Source: Eledone cirrhosa
Taxonomy: Eukaryota
Assembly: GCA_964016885.1 (NCBI GenBank)
Contig: OZ024743.1
Span: 110,546,001 to 110,610,000 of the forward strand
DNA length: 64,000 nucleotides
Reading direction: 5' to 3'
Part shown: positions 55,466 to 64,000 of the stretch, piece after piece
Position numbering within the stretch: position 1 is the first letter of the stretch
How the letters are laid out: each line of letters opens with the position of its first letter
The notes under the pieces: model-generated
What the model saw: the letters and a program-made list of their open reading frames with translations, nothing else
The model's database searches: none
Told to the model about the DNA's origin: nothing
Translations under genes and position numbers: made by a program

Positions 55466-56180
55466 ATATTACTAGCAGCTGCTTACTTTGAATTTGAAGT
55501 AGTTCATACCTCAGCACCTCCAGTTATAGGCTTGCGAAGAAATTACTGCTCGACATCATTAATGTGAATATAATGAAATTAGTTTCGTGGAAAGCAACTC
55601 ACTACAATATTGCAACATTACAGTTGAGATGTATTATCTGAGGTAAACTATCTTCTTCTAATTCTGGCGTAATTATATAAAATGTATATTTAGTAGATTT
55701 ACAAAAGTAAATACATCTTGCAATTAGATACAACAAAATATTTAAAAATTACGGTAAAATTTATTTTCGTTTTTCGGCTTCTGTATACCAAAACAAAAAT
55801 ACCACATACTATCTACAGGCAAAATATGAATTCAGCTCATAATTAAAGTAATATGTATAATATGTATGCATTTTGATTTTTCTAAAAATTACAATTTCCT
55901 GTGAAATCATAAATAGTTTTATAATTAATTTATATATCAAGAAATGTAAAGTTACACATCAATTTCTTTAATGACGTAAAAACATGTGCGAGATATACAC
56001 TATAAATCAACAGTAATCTTTATCTTTCTTTTTCAATTGGCAAAGTATATCGTTACAGGTGAAATATTAACAACGATTGACTGGCTTTTCCTCACCTCAC
56101 TCACACCTAGTCATACAGGCAAACACAAACACACATGCACAGACGCACACACATACAAACACACACACATATATACACAC

Positions 56181-56265
<85 letters not shown>

Positions 56266-56423
56266 CACTCACAAATATGTCTGTGTACATGTGTATTTGT
56301 ATACGTATACGTGTTTATATAAATATATTATATAGACATTTTCAATATATTAACATTTATATATTTAGAATATTAAAAATAGTCGTTTTGGAAGTCTCAA
56401 CAATGCAGATGTGTATATATATA

Positions 56424-56502
<79 letters not shown>

Positions 56503-56726
56503 ATATATATGTACATATATATGTATATATATATATGTATGTATATATATATATATATATGTGTGTGTATATATATATGTACATATATATGTATATATAT
56601 ATATTTATATATATATATAAATAAATGTATATATAGTGTATTTTGCAATACACTTTATGCTCAATTAAAAGCATTTTGAAGACCGTATGCTATTATTTTA
56701 GTGTAGTGACAGACTCACCTACTTTA

Positions 56727-56821
56727 ATCTCAGCAAACAGGGGGAGATAAAGCCGACAAGGCGTTGTTTCTGCATTTGTTAATGCTTATCAAGGCCACTA
56801 CTCCCTCCCGTCTGCTGAGAT
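56727..56821 (-). ncRNA. Type-I hammerhead with U3-A8 core and extended helix I
   Basis: Minus gcc-TTGATAA-gcatt(aaca)aatgc-a-GAA-ACAA(cgcc)TTGT-C|ggc, enclosed by atctcagcagacggg...gggag / ctccccctgtttgctgagat. Confidence 0.8.
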
Positions 56822-57282
56822 CACAGATGTTATATTCTTAATGAATTCTAGTAAATAATCAGGACCTGATTATACAGAGCGGTTGCCGGTCAAGCAGAAA
56901 CTAAAAAATTAGAATAGGAGCTCTGAAATAGCCATATATATATGAATGTATATATAGTGTATTTTGCAATACACGTTATGCTTAATTAAAAGCATTTTGA
57001 AGACAAATGCAGAAACAAGGTCTTGTCGGCTTTATCTCCCCCTGTTTGCTGAGATTAAAATAAGTGAGTCTGTCACTACTCTAAAACAATAGCATACGGT
57101 CTTCAAAATGATTTTAATTAAGCATAAAGTGTATTGCAAAATACACTATATATACATTCATATATATATATGGCTATTTCAGAGCTCCAATTCTAATTTT
57201 TTATTTCTGTTTGACCGGCAACCGCTCTGTATAATCAGTAACTGATTATTTACTAGTATTCTATAAGAATATAACATCAGTG

Positions 57283-57377
57283 ATCTCAGCAGACGGTAGG
57301 GAGTAGTTGGCCTTGATAACCATCAACAAATGCAGAAACAAGGCTCGTCGGCTTTATCTCCCCCTGTTTGCTGAGAT
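57283..57377 (+). ncRNA. Second family F hammerhead (stems II and III partly mutated)
   Basis: gcc-TTGATAA-ccatcaacaaatgca-GAAA-caaggctcGTC-ggc within the same long helix I. Confidence 0.65.
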
Positions 57378-57510
57378 TAAAGTAAGTCAGTCTGTCACTA
57401 CTCTAAAACAATAGCATACGGTCTTCAAAATGCTTTTAATTAAGCATAAAGTGTATTGCAAAATACACTATATATACATTCATATATATATGGCTATTTC
57501 AAATCTCCAA

Positions 57511-57554
<44 letters not shown>

Positions 57555-57562
57555 GTATTGTT

Positions 57563-57633
<71 letters not shown>

Positions 57634-58126
57634 GTATATATGATAACTGTCACTTCTTTACAGAAGACGCGCATCTCCTCAACGAATTCCCTGCTATTAT
57701 GTATTAGCACCAGCTGTATGCTGCTACACAATTTCAAACTGAACAGGCTTAGTTTACGTCACTTTTCTCGGAACATCCCTGTGTTGTGGGTGAGAAGTGC
57801 GTCCCTAATGAAGGCTGCTCAAATGCTCAAGATTATGCCGAAGGTTAACCGTGCAGCGATGTGAAGATAAGGCTCAATACACCAACGTGTAGATTACTGA
57901 TTATTTCCTTCAAACCAATCGACTCTGCACATGTTACCATTCCTCCATTGGGACGTGGGAAGAGATACTTGCATACACAAATGGTAATGGTACGTGTTTG
58001 CGCTACACATAACATCCCAGCAGCTATGTGTCACGTGACAAACCAAAGCAAGGTAAAAGGACTGTTACGAAGAGTGCTAGTGTAATTGTCATGGAACTTA
58101 ATCTCCCCAGGGAGTGTATCTGCATT

Positions 58127-60130
<2,004 letters not shown>

Positions 60131-60570
60131 TTAGGGGTAACTCCACAAGTTTGTAAACATTCCCTTCAATCTTGGAGTATAAAGTATAAAAGATTATGTG
60201 ACCTTGAGCTGTTCCACATTTTGAGTTCGAAGAATAAGTTACTCAACAATAAAATCGAAAGATCAATTTATTGTAACCATAGACTCAAAGAAAGCTTTTC
60301 GCACTAAAAGTGCAAATCGAACCCTTAACCTCTTACTACCAACTGACAAACTGCATATACTTAGACTTTATACCCTCTTATTGTATCTAAACCCTTTTAA
60401 TTAACCACAAAAACCAATACCTATATCCCCCCTTCTCCTTCATTCCTCTTCTATTTCTTCGTTTTCTTCCTTCCTTCCGACCCTTTTCTCCTTTCTCCCC
60501 CTTCTTTGCTTTTTTTTGTCATTATTATCTTTATCTTTATTTGTTATCTATATATTTATCTCTTTATATA

Positions 60571-60643
<73 letters not shown>

Positions 60644-61077
60644 CCTCCCACTATGATCAATTTAATTCTCTTTAACTCATTACATTCCACGACATAAAGT
60701 CTACATATCAAAACTGATCAAGGAATTCTTCCACCTCTACCCCTCCCCCCATCTCAATTTGTCACTCTACTTCCTAACTCTTCTCCCCCTTCCTCTCTCT
60801 CTCTATACTATTCCGTTTGTCCCCTCACCTTCTAATTCCTCTTCCTCTTTCTCTATATTAGTAAATACAATTTAAAAAATTGTTTCTCTATATATTAAGA
60901 ACTATTTCAAGAGTAACTTACTCACTATTTTGAAAATTTGGACTCTGAACAACAATTATAATTAAGTGGCTGCTATTTGCAGTATAGCAATATAATGTTA
61001 CACTTACCAATGAAACGGTCGTAAATACCTGGATAAAATCCTTCTCTTAATGCTTACCTGTGTTTTCTCTTTTATAC

Positions 61078-61115
<38 letters not shown>

Positions 61116-61166
61116 GTGACGAAATATAAGTCAATTGCATGAACTCATAATCCTTTATATATATAT

Positions 61167-61236
<70 letters not shown>

Positions 61237-61242
61237 GGGAAA

Positions 61243-61449
61243 CCTGATATGATGCCTAAAAAACAGTTGTGAGCAAGGAAGTTTCCAGTCAACATATGAT
61301 AAATAAATTTAAAAGGATATAGAAGATTGGAAAATAGGAAGGAAGGGGAAAAAAGTAAGGAAGAGGAAAAAAGGAAAAAGAAAAAAAGGAAAAAGAAGGA
61401 GATGATAACGGAGGAAGAATATAAGAAGGAAGGAGGAGAGAAAAAGAGA

Positions 61450-61530
<81 letters not shown>

Positions 61531-61580
61531 ACTGGAAACGCTGTCACAACTGAAAAGTAATAACTGAATAACGGCTATAA
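61243..61580. repeat. Near-identical direct copy of 58295-58697 (Naiad 3' UTR/pLTR segment)
   Basis: cctgatatgatgcctaaaaaacag...(GA)n...ctgaataacggct is shared; mainly the (GA)n length differs. Confidence 0.9.
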
Positions 61581-61592
61581 ATATATATGTAT

Positions 61593-61670
<78 letters not shown>

Positions 61671-61677
61671 TTGTGAA

Positions 61678-61895
61678 GAGGTGTTGCTAAGTGGTTAAAT
61701 AATTGGATTCATTATCTTGAGGTTGTGAGTTAGATTCTTGGACCAGGCAATGCGTTATTTTCCTTGAGCAAGATAGTACATTTCACGTTGCTCCTTCTAC
61801 CTGGAGTTGCGACCGATAGATAGTATTAGCACCTGGAAAGACTAACGCAAACATTGTTTCCTCGGTCCGATTTGACGAAGACTATCGACCCTTAT
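61678..61895 (+). mobile_element. Second tRNA-derived SINE family (CORE-like)
   Basis: A-box-like tgctaagtggtt, B-box-like gagttagattc, ccttgagcaag...catttcacgttgctc. Confidence 0.65.
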
Positions 61896-61949
61896 TTATA
61901 TATATATATATGCGCGCGCGCGCATGTATGTGTATGTAAGTAAAAAGCA

Positions 61950-62745
61950 AATACAAATAACAACACAATATGTACAGTATTTCGAAGGAATATATTAGTT
62001 TAACGGGTGAAATAGCAGGAGGAGGGTCTTAACGTTTCGAACGCTAGTGCTTCATTAGAATAAAGAATGAGAAATACGAAAGATTGAAGGGAGGGGGCAG
62101 GGCTGAATCGGAAAAAAATGTTTTTAGAGAAAAAAAAAACAGGTCCAATCATGTTGCCATCTCTTGGAAAATACTTGATGCTGACGTTTTGTTTATGATA
62201 TATTTTTTTATATAAGTGGATGTTGGTGGGTGTCTACCTGAAATGGAAAAAAAAAAAACGTTTTGCCAATAGAGCTATACGCATTGATATGCTTATGCTT
62301 GTTTGTGTGTGCGTGTGTGTGAGTGCGTGTGTTATTATACGCCCATACTAAGTTACAAGGATATCTGTGTGTATATGTAAATAAAGGAGTGTGTGCGTGT
62401 TGATACAGAGTTGTGAAGGAAACGTGGATGTGTGTGTGTGCATATTTTGTTGCACTGTATCAACTGTATGTTTCTGTCCATAAAAGAGCCATACGAATCT
62501 AGGGTGAATGCACAAGCGCGTGTGTAATAATGGATGGGTAAACCTATATGTGTAATATTAAAGACATTGGGGAGGGCAATTGAGTCCATGAGGCAAACAG
62601 GGCACAAGGCAGAACATTAGACTCTGTTTAATCCTGGTGCGCGAGGTCTTTGATGCATGATCTAAAAGGACACCAAGGACTGAGAAATGTATGGAAGAGT
62701 GACCGGGGGAACGCAAATGACGGGCTACAGGAGCATCATTACCGT
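61950..62745 (-). mobile_element. PLE endonuclease C-terminus and pLTR, inverted relative to the adjacent RT
   Basis: PVARHLRSPGHS...FSVLG...LMFCL..CLPHGLN. Degenerate HHR CTAATGAAG...GAAACGTT at ~62025-62062. Confidence 0.75.
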
Positions 62746-62817
62746 ATGTATATGTATAAGTAAGTAAGTATAACACCGATATAAAACATGCGGCTCAGTA
62801 GTTACCGATGATGTTGA

Positions 62818-63070
62818 TATTTTCTTCTGTTCGTGTTATAACTACTTGTGCACAGAGGGTGGGATTGGCTCAGTGCACAGTATTTTCTTCTTTTCGTGTT
62901 ATAACTACTTGTGCACAGAGGGTGGGATTGGCTCAGTGCACAGTATTTTCTTCTTTTCGTGTTATAACTACTTGTGCACAGAGGGTGGGATTGGCTCAGT
63001 GCACAGTATTTTCTTCTTTTCGTGTTATAACTACTTGTGCACAGAGGGTGGGATTGGCTCAGTGCACAAT
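62818..63070. repeat. Four near-identical 63-bp tandem units
   Basis: tattttcttcttttcgtgttataactacttgtgcacagagggtgggattggctcagtgcacag, four times. Confidence 0.95.
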
Positions 63071-63202
63071 ATTTCCTCACTTTAAGAAATATATTCACGT
63101 ACAGGCATTGCACGATATAATTAATTAATAATTATTAATAGTGTTATATCGTGCAATGACCATACTCGATAACGAAGGGGCAGCCTTCATGTAAGTATGT
63201 AT

Positions 63203-64000
63203 ACCTGGCCGTCCTATTGTTTCTCCGTGCAACTGCTCCACCGAGATAATTTCTGAATAATTAGACACCATCCTCATCCCATTGGTCGGCAATCTCCCTC
63301 CCACATCCACGATACATATCATGCCCTTAGACTTTTCAAGCTCTTTTCCTTCCCTCTTGGTCCCTCCCACCTTCTCTTTACCCTGGACATCAACTCGCTC
63401 TATACCCTCATTCCTCATGATGGCGGCCTGCGCGCTCTCCAACACTTTTTAGATTTACCCCTTACCCCAGCACTACCACTTTTTTCCGCCTGGCTGAGCT
63501 TGTTCTCACACTAAATGGCTCTTCTTTTTCGGATGAATTTTATCAGCAGGTCTCTGGGGTAGCGATGGGAAGCAGAAAGGGTCCAAATTATGCCACCTCG
63601 TTTCTTGGCTACGTCGAAACCAGATCTTCTCCCAGTATGCCGGACCGACTCCTGAGTTACACGGTGGCTATATCGACGACTGCATCGGCGCCACCATTCT
63701 ATCACGAGAACAGCTCGACTGTTTTCTTTCTGTTGTCCTATCTTTCCACCCTGCTCTCACATTCACCGCCTCCGTCTCCGATTCTTCTGTCGCTTTTCTA
63801 GATATATCTCTATCTATTAATCAATCTGACCACACCCTCTCTACTTCCATCTTTATTAAACCAACAGACTCCCAATCTTACCTCAACTTCATCTCCTCCC
63901 ATCCAACCCACACCAAACACTCCATACCCTATTCCCAATTCCTCCTTCTTCGTCGGCTATGTAGCCAGGACGTCGATTACGAAACCCATTCCCTTCGCAT
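63203..64000 (+). pseudogene. Neptune-type PLE reverse transcriptase, frameshifted, runs off the window
   Basis: PGRPIVS, FTLDINSLYT.IPH, GVAMGS..GPNYA, YIDDCIG, AFLDI, KPTDS..YL...SSHP, SIPYSQFL.LRRLCS. Confidence 0.9.

Larger units (their letters stand above)
56623..57515. mobile_element. Family F: ~322-bp HHR-containing tandem unit, head-to-head arrangement (retrozyme-like)
   Basis: About 1.2 units on minus (56623-57004) joined to about 1.6 units on plus (57005-57515). (TA)n on both sides; no ORF. Confidence 0.85.

Noticed and set aside
57800-57860. CTAATGAAGGC...GCCGAAG HHR-like remnant (similar at ~30910 and ~5604)
   Set aside because: Too degenerate to call as ribozymes.
62818-63070. 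63-bp repeats (and the ~70-bp array at 18600-20967) as a CRISPR array or repeat protein
   Set aside because: No unique spacers, no cas genes and a eukaryotic context. The open frames follow from a unit length divisible by three.

Overview
AT-rich, microsatellite-dense eukaryotic repeat landscape. I can support no host protein-coding gene. The dominant tRNA-derived SINE resembles the major octopus SINE, so an octopod cephalopod genome is likely (inference). Nearly all ORFs in the track are translations of (TA)n, (CA)n or (GA)n. The real content is transposon debris: three decayed Naiad-type and at least one Neptune-type Penelope-like element (PLE), RTE-type and Tx1-type LINE fragments, an internally deleted Helitron, a non-autonomous Helitron, SINEs, a MITE and a ~70-bp purine-rich satellite. 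The main signal is a dense, diverse set of type-I hammerhead ribozymes (HHRs) in small, mostly fold-back elements inserted into (TA)n tracts. Highlights are two intact HHRs in tandem 472 nt apart (3299-3815) and a ~322-nt structured tandem unit with a U3-A8 core variant and a long helix I (56623-57515); both are retrozyme/circRNA candidates. One Naiad endonuclease has two in-frame TGA codons at positions that are Cys in paralogues in this window, a possible selenocysteine relic. Boundaries were read by eye and are approximate to a few bases.
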